Part shown: positions 41,595-52,468 of the stretch, piece by piece
Numbering within the stretch: position 1 is the stretch's first letter
Layout: the number at the start of each line of letters is the position of its first letter
Source of the DNA: Nanobdellati archaeon
GTDB taxonomy: Archaea; EX4484-52; GLR71
DNA: 64,000 bases
Assembly (NCBI GenBank): GCA_019429005.1
Contig: JAHYJR010000001.1
Span: 40,663-104,662, forward strand
Reading direction: 5' to 3'
Notes under the pieces: generated by a model
Seen by the model: the letters and a program-made list of their open reading frames with translations, nothing else
What the model was told of the DNA's origin: nothing
Database searches by the model: none
Position numbers and translations under genes: made by a program

Positions 41595-44500
41595 ATGTCA
41601 CAAAAAAAAATTAAAAAAAACAAAAAAACGACATTCATGTACTTAAAAATAATATCCTTAATAATATTTATATTTCTTTTAATCCTCCCAAATACCTATG
41701 CTCAATCACCCGGACCAAAAATCCTTTTAGTTGATGATGATCATAACTTATATGATTATGACTTTAAAGAATATTATATAACAGCCTTAAGTTCTTATAA
41801 TTATGAAAACTTTACTGTAGATTCTCTAAATAATGGACCAACATATAACCAAATGAAAGATTATGATATAGTTATCTGGTTTACTGGAAAAACATCACAA
41901 CTATCTGAAATAATAACCTTGACTACTAAAGATGAAACAAATTTGATAGAGTATCTTGATAATGGAGGTAACCTTTTTATTAGCAGTTCTTTATTAGGTT
42001 TTGACCTTAAAGATAACCTACCTGATTATACTAGTATATTTTATAATAACTATTTACAAACAACATATAATTCTGTTAATACATACATATCTCTAACAAA
42101 TACAAATGATTCTGTAAGTCACAATTTAGAATTAAATTTAACACAAATACCAATAAACAATCTTCAAACTAAAATAGAATATAATCCAATAAGATATCCC
42201 AATATTAGCACCGTATATAAATCCGGCAATATTAAAGCAGCAATAAAAACAAATACAGAAACCTATAAAGTCGTGTATTTCGCATTTGGATTCGAAGCAG
42301 TTACAACATTTACAGGTGATTCAAAAACACCATCCAAATTAAGATCTGAATTAATGGTAAACATAATAAACTACTTATACACACCTGAAACAAATTCAAT
42401 CGTAATTGACCCACCAATAACTAGTGGAAATATCACAATCACTGCAAACTGTTATGATTCTGAGATATATTCAAACATAAAATCCGCAGAATATTATATT
42501 GATGATGATAAACAAAGTAATGGAAATAATATCCAATTATTCGCATCAGACGGAACTTTCAATAATTATAATGAATCAATAAATGCTACAACAAACACAA
42601 GTTCTCTAACAGGTGGTGAACACACAATATATATCCATTGTCAAGACAAAGACGGATTCTGGGGTAAATATGATAATAAAACATTCACAGTCAGTACAGA
42701 TCAACCAATAACACCACAAATAACTGTCTTAGATAATGCGAATGGATATATTAAAAGCGAAATAACACAAATAAATATTAGCAAGATAAACAATACAAAC
42801 ACATATACCGTATCATTTTCTTGTGATAATCTATTATTTAGTGATGAAAATAATTTATATAGCTCTGACAACGTTAAGGGGGGAGTTTTACAACCAATAG
42901 AAATAGATTTTCATACATTTATCATAGACACAACAGACTCTTCTATGGGTTGTAACCAAACAGATGGTTTAAAAACAATATATCTTCGTGCAAAAAGCTA
43001 TGCTGGTATAGAAAACACAACACATACAAGTGACACAACAATACTTGACCGAGTTACACCCGAATTCGTATATGTTAATGTAACAGACCCAGATACCTAT
43101 TATATGGCAGGAGATAATGTAACAATACAAACAAATCTGAGTGAACCAAATCTAATAGTAGTAGCAGACCTCTCAAAAATAAATACTAACTTTTCGTTCA
43201 CACAACAATTAAATTATATTGAAAATGGTCTATATAAATATACGACAGAAAATCTTGACGCAAACGAAATGATAGAAGGCTTAAAAATCATAAAGCTAAC
43301 AGCAACAGACCTTGCAGGAAATGTGAAAACAAATGAATCGCTTCAAATCACTATAGATAAAACAGAACCAGACACACCCACTATGACTATACTAAATTAT
43401 TTAGGATATACACTATATGAAAAACCAGAAATAACAATATCAACAATATATTCAGAAAATCCTGCAGATTATATGGCATTCTCATGTGATAATAATTACT
43501 TTACACCATGGTACCCAATCTCAACAAGTTTCAATCAATTTAATACAACAAATACAACCTATGGTTGTTCTGAAACTGATGGAAACAAAACAATCTTTAT
43601 TAAAGTAAAGGATTATGCAGGAAATATTAACGCAGAACAGAATTCAAAATCCGTCATACTTGATAGAGAAAAACCATCAATTGATTCGCAATTACCTACA
43701 AACAATTCAAATATACAAGATATAATTGAATTCAATACAAACATATCAGAGGATAATGTAATCAATATATTTACATACAATACAACAGAAAGTAACCACA
43801 TTTCTCCGCCTGCAATATACAAAAACAATACATTCGCATCATATCTATTCACACCCTCTTGGCTTGAAGAAGGTATAAATAATATAATGTTATTTATGAA
43901 TGATTTTGCAGGAAACATAAAAGAATATATTTATTCCTATAGAATCGATAACACAAACCCAATAACCACTAACAATTATACATTTACAGACTGGCGTGGC
44001 ACAAATCAAGACATCAATCTAACCTGTAATGATATTGAGGGTAGTGGTTGTAACACAACAAAATATTGTATAATAAATAACACAGACCCTCCATGCACTC
44101 CTAATACTATTGGTATGTACATTACAATAAATTGCAATCAAAATGAAGCATGCAATAAAAAGATTTATTATTATTCAACAGATCTTGCAAAAAATTATGA
44201 AACATTTAAATCAACAAACGAAATAAAAATAGATAAAAAACCACCAGTTATAACAATAAATACTCCTGAGAATGGACAAACCTATGCAGCTACAATAAAT
44301 ATACTTACCGAAATAAACGATTATGAAATTGGAGATATTTCCTATGTCAGTTATAATATAAACAATACAATAGCAAACGGAACATTAAACGAATCCTTAT
44401 CTTGGGACACAACATGGAACAGTAGTATTTACACTAATGGTACATTCAATTTAACAGTATTTGCAAACGATACATTAGGAAATAATATAACAAAATCAAT

Positions 44501-47500
44501 CATATTTTATATAGACAATAATCTACCTTCCGCAAATATTTACACACCAAATAAAATTTATACAAACAATAATAACATAACACTAAATCTTATGGCACAA
44601 AAAGAAAATGGTAATCTGAGCAATTGTTCATATTATATATATAATTTTACAGAAACTACAAACAGTTCTGAAAAAATAAATATTGAAAAAACAGAATGTA
44701 ATTTTACAGATAATATATTCATGTCATCATGGTATGATGGAAATTATACAATCAATTTTACAGCAATCGATATTTTATCAAATATTGCAACAGACAAATC
44801 TTGGTTCTATTTGGATAGAATATCACCAATTGTGGAACTTGACAATTCAATAAACAATACTTGGACAAAAAATACAATTCCAATTAATTACAATGCAACA
44901 GACTTAGTAAATATATTTGAATGTAAAATAAGATATAAAAATAATACAAATCCTTGGAGTGTATATAAAACAATAGATTGTGGTAATTATAAAACACATC
45001 ATTTTGAAACATCACAATGTCATGACAATGCTATTGCAAATTGTCAAATTGAACTTTATGTAAAAGATTTTTCAGGAAACATTGAAAATCAAAGTATTTA
45101 TATTAAAGTAGATAACAGTCCGCCAAATATCACAATTATTTCCCCTCCTGCAAACACATGGAACAATTCAAACTTTACTGTAACACACACAGAAACAGAT
45201 CCTCAAGGACAAATATGTTCATATAAAATATACGGTACTACAGCATCTAATTGGATGCCCCTAACATGTAATCAAAACATACTTGTTGATGCTGACACTT
45301 ATTGTGCTGGAACAACAAGCCTTTGTACAATATACATAAACTCTACAAATAATGCTGGTACAAGTTTATATGTAGCACGAACATATCAAATAGAAAGACA
45401 ACCTCCTGAAATTACAGAAATAACATTAGGAAAATCAATTGTAAAGGACAATAATATCCTTGAAATAAATATCAGTGGAACAGACACACATAATAATATA
45501 GATACTATATATGCAGATATCTTAAATACTACAGGACATATCGTAAATACAATACAATTCACACAAATTGATACAAATAAATATGGTGGAACTTACACAG
45601 TCTCAGGAAATGAAAACGGACTTTTTACAATAAACATAACTACGAATGATACACTTGGAAACTCAATTTATAATGATAGTAAAACATTCCTTGTTAAAAA
45701 TATAGCACCAATATCATCTAATTATTCATTTGATATTACTACAGATACAATTTACAATGACACAAGAATCATCTATAATAACACAATATTGTTCTTATTA
45801 AACCTAACAGACGCAGTTGGTGTAAATACAGCAACCATCACCTTAAAAACAGACCAATTTGAAACCAACCATACGCTCACACCACAAAATAATAATTATA
45901 TTAATGATATTTGGACAACACAAATCACAACAACACAGATTCAAGGTAAATATACTATATCTAAATTATATATTAACGACACTCTTGGAAATTCAAAAAT
46001 ATTAAATGAAACAGAAATCAACAAAAGTTTCCTTGTAGTTGTACCAAAAACAAATGTACAATTTAATACAAATGAAAAAAATGCGACAAGAAGTGGAACC
46101 ACAAACCAATTAAATCTAACAATTAATTTCAATAAAACCTTATCAAACTCAACAATAACACTTTATATACCACCAAATAACGCATCATACAATAATACAA
46201 ATCCAACATACCTAAACAATTCAAATTTTGTCTGCACCACACAATTCGGAACTTGTAACATTTATAATATTAGCACAAATGAAAACCAAACATATTACTT
46301 AATATTTAATTTCACAGGACCAATTCAAGAAATTACAATTTTAAATACAAACATTTTCTCATCAAATAAACTTCAAGATACTAATTATACTTGGTACATC
46401 AAACATAATGAAAATGAATATAATCAAATAACAAAAATAACTGCACCAAAAATAAACATAACTAATTTAACTTGCAATGATTTAGAATCCTGTCAAATTA
46501 ACCAAAATACAAACTTCAGCATTCAAACATACATCAAAAATGAATATATTTCTGAAAATTATACAGGTGATGCATATAACGTATCAGTTACATATATTCG
46601 TGACAATACCAACATAACAAAAAATATAGGCGATATAAACTCAACAATTCAAAAAAACATCAGCTTTGATGATTTTATTGAAACCCCCGGAAATTATATA
46701 ATAAATATAATTGCAAAAGATAACATAACACAAGAATACATAGATCAAAAATCATATACAATTACAATTAAAGATAAAAATGCACCAAATTGGATTTCAA
46801 CATCAATAAATAAAAATAAAGATTATATAAATAACACATTAACAATCACAACACGATTTTCAGATAATATAGGAGTTACAAATGCATTAATCACAATAAA
46901 AAAACCAGACGGAAATGAAACAAATTACACTATGATTTTATCTGGTTCTGGTTCAATACAGACCGGATATGTTTATAATAATGCTACAGCACAAATAGGT
47001 CTATACAATATTACAAGAATATATGCTAATGATGCTGAAAACAATAAAATGTCAAAAAGTGACTTAAATTTAACATTTGAGATTAAACAACTTGAAATTT
47101 ATTTAAACCTTAATGAAACAATCCTAAATGTAACAAATTCATTAAATATTGAAGCAATAATTAAAAATAACATAACAAATATTGAAACCGTATATGCTGA
47201 TATACTTAAACCGCGAGGACAAAAAGAAACAATAATATTATCACAAACATCAAGTTCGGAAAATAGTACAATTTATACAACAGATTATACAAATATCACT
47301 CAATCTGGAGATTATACAATCAATATAACTGTCAATGCTAATGGCTATGCGACAAACACAAGTGACTTCTTTGTAAATTATGGTTTTTTAAACATTATAT
47401 TCGCAGATGGTGTTGATGACACATTAATGGTACCTGTAAATAGAACATATAATCACAGTATTTATATAATACCACAAAACGGAGATCTTATTGATATTAA

Positions 47501-50066
47501 TTCAATATTATCAATTACAAATCAAAGTGTTATAAATATTACACAAAATGACATATTAAATAAATATATCGGAAACATATCCTATGAAGATTATAAAAAC
47601 GGATATCTTATTCAATGGGACTTAAATACAACAACAATTGATTTTACAAACATTTCAATAAATATAACATCGGTTTACAGCAATAAAACACAAATAATGC
47701 TTATAAATATAACAGAAGAAGATTATGAAAAACCAACAATAAACTCATTTAACTCAATAAACATAACAAATCTTTATGAAATTTTAACAATCACAGTTAA
47801 TGTAACAGATAATACAATTATAAAACAAGTTAAATCTGAAATTACCTATCCTGATAATACAACATATAATTTTACAGGTAATAAAATTAGTCCAAATCTT
47901 TATGAAATATCTTTCTCAAACACAAATCAAACTGGTAACTATTCATATAAAATATATGCAAAAGATATTGCAGACAATGAAAACGAATCTACAATTAACA
48001 AATATTTCAATGTAACAAATGAATACCATATTGATATTATAACAGATTTTGATGCTTACAATAAAGGCGAAGATGTAAATATAACAATTATAACATATAA
48101 CATAAATAATGAAAGTATATCTAATTTTAATACAACATTAAATCTCACCAAACCAGGTAACATAAATGTATCTTTAATAGATAATAAACTAGAAAAAGAA
48201 TCCGTATATTCAATTAAAACAACAGATGCACCTTTAACACTTAATCCTACATTTTTAGCATACACATTAGATGCAAATGTTTCAAAAAATGGAAATATAG
48301 GATATAATACAAAAACATTCAACGTAACAAAAAATCTTGTTACGGAATTTATATCTTTATCAGAAGGCCAATATTTTGCAACAAATTCACAAATACCAGT
48401 TAGTATGAAAATTACAAACATTAACGGTAACGAAATTTATGACGTTATTGTGTCTGCAAAATGCACTAAATGTCTCTACCCTAATATATTACTCACAAAA
48501 GTAACCTCAACTACATACTCTAATCTAGAGCAAATTATTTCGCCTGAAACATATGAAAGTTTTAGTATACTAATACGAGCAACTGATTTTTATGATAATG
48601 GATATGGTGATGAAGATACTGTCGTACTCACAACAATACCACAAACTATAATACAAAACAATAATCAGGGTGGTAGTAGTAGTAGTACAAATAATCCTGG
48701 TCTTTTAGACACATTATTTAATATGTTCTTTGATAATAAAACAGAAGAAAATTATGCAGATTTCACATTTAATCTTAAAAGAGATGAAATTAGCTTGATA
48801 CGAGGTACAGATACAACAATTATAACAACACTTGAAAACACAGGAACAATAGATCTTGAGATTACAAGTTATATCAAAAAAGATTGTTGTGAGGTCACAC
48901 TCGAAAAAACATTCAATATATCTAAAAAAAATTCAATTGATATACCAATTCAAATAGACACGACACTTAATACAACACCGGGAAATTATCTTATAACAAT
49001 TTACATGAAATCTGTAGAACTCGCTAAATCAAAAACAATTAAACTTCAAATTAATGCAAATCCAAATATTGAAAAAATATATGACATTGAATATGCTCTA
49101 CAAAATATTGAAAAAGCAATTGAATTATATAAACGTTCTGGACTTAACACTAAAACAGTAGAAACTAAATTTGAAGAAATTAAAAAAATACTTGATGACG
49201 GAAAAAATGCAATAATAACGGATGATAATGACAAATTACAATTATCTGCAAATAATGCACAAATTGAAATAATGAAACTTCGAATAGAAATTGCAAAACT
49301 TGAAACAAAATGGTTCCTTATTAAAAACAAATGGAATATCTTAGCACTAATATTTTTCATCACAATGTTATATTTGGCATCAACAAGATTTATTATACCT
49401 TATATACTTATCACAAAAGATATACATAACTTAAAATCAAAAGAATTAAGTCTTGCACGTGAACAAAAATCAACAGAAATTGAATATTTCAAAAGAGTCA
49501 TAGATAAAATAACATTTACAAGAATCATGACAACAAAACATGGTGCACTTACAGATGTAAGAACAAAAATAAAATATTTAAACGGATGTATAACAAAACT
49601 TCAACATTTTGAAACATTATCAACTGAAGAACTTGGTGAAAAATATGATTATAAAAAAATGATAAAAGAACAAAAAGAAAAAATTAATAATAAAATTAAA
49701 GAGCTAAAACAGAATATAATTGAAAACATAAATGAAAAAAGAAAACAAATAATAGAAAAAATAAACATCCTTTTGAAAAAGAAATCTTTTGATGACCCTA
49801 ATTATAATAACAATAAACAAACCAAAAAAACAGAACTTAAAACTGATACACAAACAACACAGGCACAAAAAACCGAAAATATAAAACACAATGAAACTGG
49901 TAAAAACACATCAACAAATACATTGAAAACACTCCAATTTGATATGTCTGCTACAAATTCAAAAGACGAAAATAAAAATAATGAAACCACAAAAAACGAA
50001 AATGATCTGGATTCTAAAATGAAAAATCTTGATGATATTTTCAAAAAATTTAAAAAAAATCAATAA
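41595..50066 (+). CDS. Giant (2823 aa) type I membrane cell-surface glycoprotein with many Ig-like repeats
   Basis: Signal peptide; ILLVDDD N-terminal domain; repeated D(x)AGN/DTLGN and D..(P)P.I modules; many NxT/S sequons; GGSSSS linker; coiled coil; TM ILALIFFITMLYL; cytoplasmic tail. Confidence 0.88.
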   Translation: MSQKKIKKNKKTTFMYLKIISLIIFIFLLILPNTYAQSPGPKILLVDDDHNLYDYDFKEYYITALSSYNYENFTVDSLNNGPTYNQMKDYDIVIWFTGKTSQLSEIITLTTKDETNLIEYLDNGGNLFISSSLLGFDLKDNLPDYTSIFYNNYLQTTYNSVNTYISLTNTNDSVSHNLELNLTQIPINNLQTKIEYNPIRYPNISTVYKSGNIKAAIKTNTETYKVVYFAFGFEAVTTFTGDSKTPSKLRSELMVNIINYLYTPETNSIVIDPPITSGNITITANCYDSEIYSNIKSAEYYIDDDKQSNGNNIQLFASDGTFNNYNESINATTNTSSLTGGEHTIYIHCQDKDGFWGKYDNKTFTVSTDQPITPQITVLDNANGYIKSEITQINISKINNTNTYTVSFSCDNLLFSDENNLYSSDNVKGGVLQPIEIDFHTFIIDTTDSSMGCNQTDGLKTIYLRAKSYAGIENTTHTSDTTILDRVTPEFVYVNVTDPDTYYMAGDNVTIQTNLSEPNLIVVADLSKINTNFSFTQQLNYIENGLYKYTTENLDANEMIEGLKIIKLTATDLAGNVKTNESLQITIDKTEPDTPTMTILNYLGYTLYEKPEITISTIYSENPADYMAFSCDNNYFTPWYPISTSFNQFNTTNTTYGCSETDGNKTIFIKVKDYAGNINAEQNSKSVILDREKPSIDSQLPTNNSNIQDIIEFNTNISEDNVINIFTYNTTESNHISPPAIYKNNTFASYLFTPSWLEEGINNIMLFMNDFAGNIKEYIYSYRIDNTNPITTNNYTFTDWRGTNQDINLTCNDIEGSGCNTTKYCIINNTDPPCTPNTIGMYITINCNQNEACNKKIYYYSTDLAKNYETFKSTNEIKIDKKPPVITINTPENGQTYAATINILTEINDYEIGDISYVSYNINNTIANGTLNESLSWDTTWNSSIYTNGTFNLTVFANDTLGNNITKSIIFYIDNNLPSANIYTPNKIYTNNNNITLNLMAQKENGNLSNCSYYIYNFTETTNSSEKINIEKTECNFTDNIFMSSWYDGNYTINFTAIDILSNIATDKSWFYLDRISPIVELDNSINNTWTKNTIPINYNATDLVNIFECKIRYKNNTNPWSVYKTIDCGNYKTHHFETSQCHDNAIANCQIELYVKDFSGNIENQSIYIKVDNSPPNITIISPPANTWNNSNFTVTHTETDPQGQICSYKIYGTTASNWMPLTCNQNILVDADTYCAGTTSLCTIYINSTNNAGTSLYVARTYQIERQPPEITEITLGKSIVKDNNILEINISGTDTHNNIDTIYADILNTTGHIVNTIQFTQIDTNKYGGTYTVSGNENGLFTINITTNDTLGNSIYNDSKTFLVKNIAPISSNYSFDITTDTIYNDTRIIYNNTILFLLNLTDAVGVNTATITLKTDQFETNHTLTPQNNNYINDIWTTQITTTQIQGKYTISKLYINDTLGNSKILNETEINKSFLVVVPKTNVQFNTNEKNATRSGTTNQLNLTINFNKTLSNSTITLYIPPNNASYNNTNPTYLNNSNFVCTTQFGTCNIYNISTNENQTYYLIFNFTGPIQEITILNTNIFSSNKLQDTNYTWYIKHNENEYNQITKITAPKINITNLTCNDLESCQINQNTNFSIQTYIKNEYISENYTGDAYNVSVTYIRDNTNITKNIGDINSTIQKNISFDDFIETPGNYIINIIAKDNITQEYIDQKSYTITIKDKNAPNWISTSINKNKDYINNTLTITTRFSDNIGVTNALITIKKPDGNETNYTMILSGSGSIQTGYVYNNATAQIGLYNITRIYANDAENNKMSKSDLNLTFEIKQLEIYLNLNETILNVTNSLNIEAIIKNNITNIETVYADILKPRGQKETIILSQTSSSENSTIYTTDYTNITQSGDYTINITVNANGYATNTSDFFVNYGFLNIIFADGVDDTLMVPVNRTYNHSIYIIPQNGDLIDINSILSITNQSVINITQNDILNKYIGNISYEDYKNGYLIQWDLNTTTIDFTNISINITSVYSNKTQIMLINITEEDYEKPTINSFNSINITNLYEILTITVNVTDNTIIKQVKSEITYPDNTTYNFTGNKISPNLYEISFSNTNQTGNYSYKIYAKDIADNENESTINKYFNVTNEYHIDIITDFDAYNKGEDVNITIITYNINNESISNFNTTLNLTKPGNINVSLIDNKLEKESVYSIKTTDAPLTLNPTFLAYTLDANVSKNGNIGYNTKTFNVTKNLVTEFISLSEGQYFATNSQIPVSMKITNINGNEIYDVIVSAKCTKCLYPNILLTKVTSTTYSNLEQIISPETYESFSILIRATDFYDNGYGDEDTVVLTTIPQTIIQNNNQGGSSSSTNNPGLLDTLFNMFFDNKTEENYADFTFNLKRDEISLIRGTDTTIITTLENTGTIDLEITSYIKKDCCEVTLEKTFNISKKNSIDIPIQIDTTLNTTPGNYLITIYMKSVELAKSKTIKLQINANPNIEKIYDIEYALQNIEKAIELYKRSGLNTKTVETKFEEIKKILDDGKNAIITDDNDKLQLSANNAQIEIMKLRIEIAKLETKWFLIKNKWNILALIFFITMLYLASTRFIIPYILITKDIHNLKSKELSLAREQKSTEIEYFKRVIDKITFTRIMTTKHGALTDVRTKIKYLNGCITKLQHFETLSTEELGEKYDYKKMIKEQKEKINNKIKELKQNIIENINEKRKQIIEKINILLKKKSFDDPNYNNNKQTKKTELKTDTQTTQAQKTENIKHNETGKNTSTNTLKTLQFDMSATNSKDENKNNETTKNENDLDSKMKNLDDIFKKFKKNQ

Positions 50067-50187
50067 ATATATCACTTAACATAAACAAAAAAAATATGCA
50101 TAGACATATTAACAAGAAATAATAATAAATATTTTATATAGAACTTTATAAAACGGTAAATATCGAATATAATTCATAGGTCCTACA

Positions 50188-50907
50188 ATGAAACGAATAA
50201 CAACAGGTATACATGGTCTTGATGACAAAATGGAAGGTGGACTTGTTCCTGGTTCGGTCGTGCTAATTGCAGGAAAAGCTGGTACTTGTAAAACCTCATT
50301 TTGCTCTAATTATATATATGAAGGCGTTCAGCGTGGCGAAACATCTGTATATATAACAACTGAAGAAATGGAAGATGAAATTAAAAATGATCTTCTTGAA
50401 GTTTTCGGCTGGGATTTTAGAGAATTTGAAAAAACAGGTCTTGTTCATTTCCTTTCAATCAAACCAATCTTTCCTGAAAAAACACTTAATCCTGGAGATT
50501 ATGCAAAAATTACAAAATTCTATACTTATGATATAACAAAACGTATTGTAGAAGCAGTCAACACAACAAAAGCAACACGCCTTATAATTGATTCAATCTC
50601 CGTATTTGAACTATTTATTAAAGATAAATATATGGCAAAAATTGCATTAATTGGTCTTATGGAGGCTTTGAGAAAAACTGGTGTAACTACAATAGTTACA
50701 GGTGAAATACCAGAATCAAGTGAAGGTTTAAGTAAAAATGAAATTATTGAATTTCTTGCAGATGCCGTAATAAAACTTGAATTTGTTCCCGTATCTGAAG
50801 ATTACAAAAGAACCTTAACAATACGAAAAATGCGTCGTACAGATCATTCAAGTATGATACATCCATTTGAAATAACTAAAGATGGAATAAAAATAATACA
50901 AATATAA
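50188..50907 (+). CDS. KaiC/RAD55-like RecA-superfamily ATPase (single domain)
   Basis: RITTGIHGLD..MEGG, GKAGTCKT, YITTEE, RLIIDS, EFLADAVI, IRKMRRTDH...PFEIT..GI. Confidence 0.9.
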   Translation: MKRITTGIHGLDDKMEGGLVPGSVVLIAGKAGTCKTSFCSNYIYEGVQRGETSVYITTEEMEDEIKNDLLEVFGWDFREFEKTGLVHFLSIKPIFPEKTLNPGDYAKITKFYTYDITKRIVEAVNTTKATRLIIDSISVFELFIKDKYMAKIALIGLMEALRKTGVTTIVTGEIPESSEGLSKNEIIEFLADAVIKLEFVPVSEDYKRTLTIRKMRRTDHSSMIHPFEITKDGIKIIQI

Positions 50908-50950
50908 TCAAATACATTAAAATAAAAGATTTGAAGGATAAATATTCTTT

Positions 50951-51658
50951 ATGGAAAAAACCATAAAAGAAACACAAAAATTACCTTTAAGAGCAAAAGG
51001 TATCACCTTATTTTTTAACGGTGGAATTGAAAGCGGTGTTGTAACAAACATTTATGGTGTCGCAGGTTCTGCAAAAACCTCATTTTCTCTTGAAGCTGCA
51101 GTTTCATGTATACAAAATGGGAAAAAAGTTATATTTATGGATACTGAAGGTGGCTTTTCTGTTGAAAGATTTATGCAGATGACAGATAAAAAAAATCTTG
51201 AAAATATCTTACTTTTCAGACCAAAAGATTTCAAAGAACAAACAACACAAATTGAATCATTTAACTTATTATGTGATAAACAAGACATAGGTCTTATTAT
51301 TATAGATTCACTTGTTAGTTTATACAGACTTAAAAAAAATAATAAAGATTTCTCAGAAACTAATCAAGAATTAAGTAGACAACTTGCAAAATTATCTGAA
51401 ATCTCGCGAGATAAAAATATACCCATTCTTGTTACAAACCAAGTATATACCGATTTTGATACGGGTGAACTAGAGCTTGTAGGTCGTGACATTCCAAAAT
51501 ACGCAAGCAAATGCCTAGTATATCTTGAAAAAATTGGTACGGGTAAAAGAAAAATGACAATGACAAAACATAGATCTATTGCAGAAGGCGTAACATGTTC
51601 TTTTGAGATAAAAAATGAAGGACTTGTAGACATTGAAAAAAGATTCAAAATATTTTAA
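50951..51658 (+). CDS. radB: DNA repair protein RadB
   Basis: GGIESG..TNIYG.AGSAKT, DTEGGFSVERF, TNQVY, RadB-specific KHR motif. Confidence 0.92.
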   Translation: MEKTIKETQKLPLRAKGITLFFNGGIESGVVTNIYGVAGSAKTSFSLEAAVSCIQNGKKVIFMDTEGGFSVERFMQMTDKKNLENILLFRPKDFKEQTTQIESFNLLCDKQDIGLIIIDSLVSLYRLKKNNKDFSETNQELSRQLAKLSEISRDKNIPILVTNQVYTDFDTGELELVGRDIPKYASKCLVYLEKIGTGKRKMTMTKHRSIAEGVTCSFEIKNEGLVDIEKRFKIF

Positions 51659-51667
51659 GGTGTACTT

Positions 51668-52453
51668 ATGCGAAAACTAATAATGCTAAAATTAGGAGGA
51701 TCTCTTATTACAGATAAGAACAAAGCCTATACAGTACGTATGGATGTCATAAAACGAATTGTAAAAGAAATACATAATGCAAGAAAAAAAGGTGACTTTG
51801 ATCTTATTGTTGGTCATGGAGCTGGTTCATTTGCACATCAATCTGCATCAAAATATAAAACACAACACGGTATAATCAATAACGAAAGCTATATTGGTCT
51901 TGCAAAAGTCCAGGATGATGCAGTGAAACTTAATCGAATCCTTATAACTGAATTAATTTCTGCAGGTGAAAATGCAATATCAATACAAGCCTCAAGCTGT
52001 GCAATTTGTAATAATTCAAAAATACTAAAATGGGATACTGAACCAATAAAAGCTATGCTTGACATGAAACAGATTCTTCCGGTTCCTTATGGTGATATAG
52101 GTTTAGACAAATCACAAGGCTGCTGTATTATATCAACAGAAGAAATATTAACATATCTTGCAAAACAACTAGGTTCAAACAGAATCATTCTTGCCGGAAA
52201 AGTTGATGGTGTCCTTGATGAAAAAAATAATGTAATACCTCTGATAAACAAAGAAAATATTTTAGAAATAAAACATAATATTACAGGTTCTGATGCTGTT
52301 GATGTAACAGGCGGTATGTTACAAAAAGTTGAAATTATGTTAGATGTTGCAAAAGAAGGTATTGATTCAGAAATTATAAATGGCAACAAAGAAGGTTTTA
52401 TTGAACGTGCACTTCTTGGAGAAACAAATCTTGGAACTAGAATAACAAAATAA
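51668..52453 (+). CDS. ipk: Isopentenyl phosphate kinase (amino acid kinase family)
   Basis: KLGGSLITDK, GHGAGSFAH (IPK His), PVPYGD, DVTGGMLQKV. Confidence 0.88.
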   Translation: MRKLIMLKLGGSLITDKNKAYTVRMDVIKRIVKEIHNARKKGDFDLIVGHGAGSFAHQSASKYKTQHGIINNESYIGLAKVQDDAVKLNRILITELISAGENAISIQASSCAICNNSKILKWDTEPIKAMLDMKQILPVPYGDIGLDKSQGCCIISTEEILTYLAKQLGSNRIILAGKVDGVLDEKNNVIPLINKENILEIKHNITGSDAVDVTGGMLQKVEIMLDVAKEGIDSEIINGNKEGFIERALLGETNLGTRITK

Positions 52454-52468
52454 AAATGATTAAAAACA

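Noticed and set aside
50188-50907. Circadian KaiC system
   Set aside because: Single domain with no kaiA/kaiB; such ATPases are widespread in archaea
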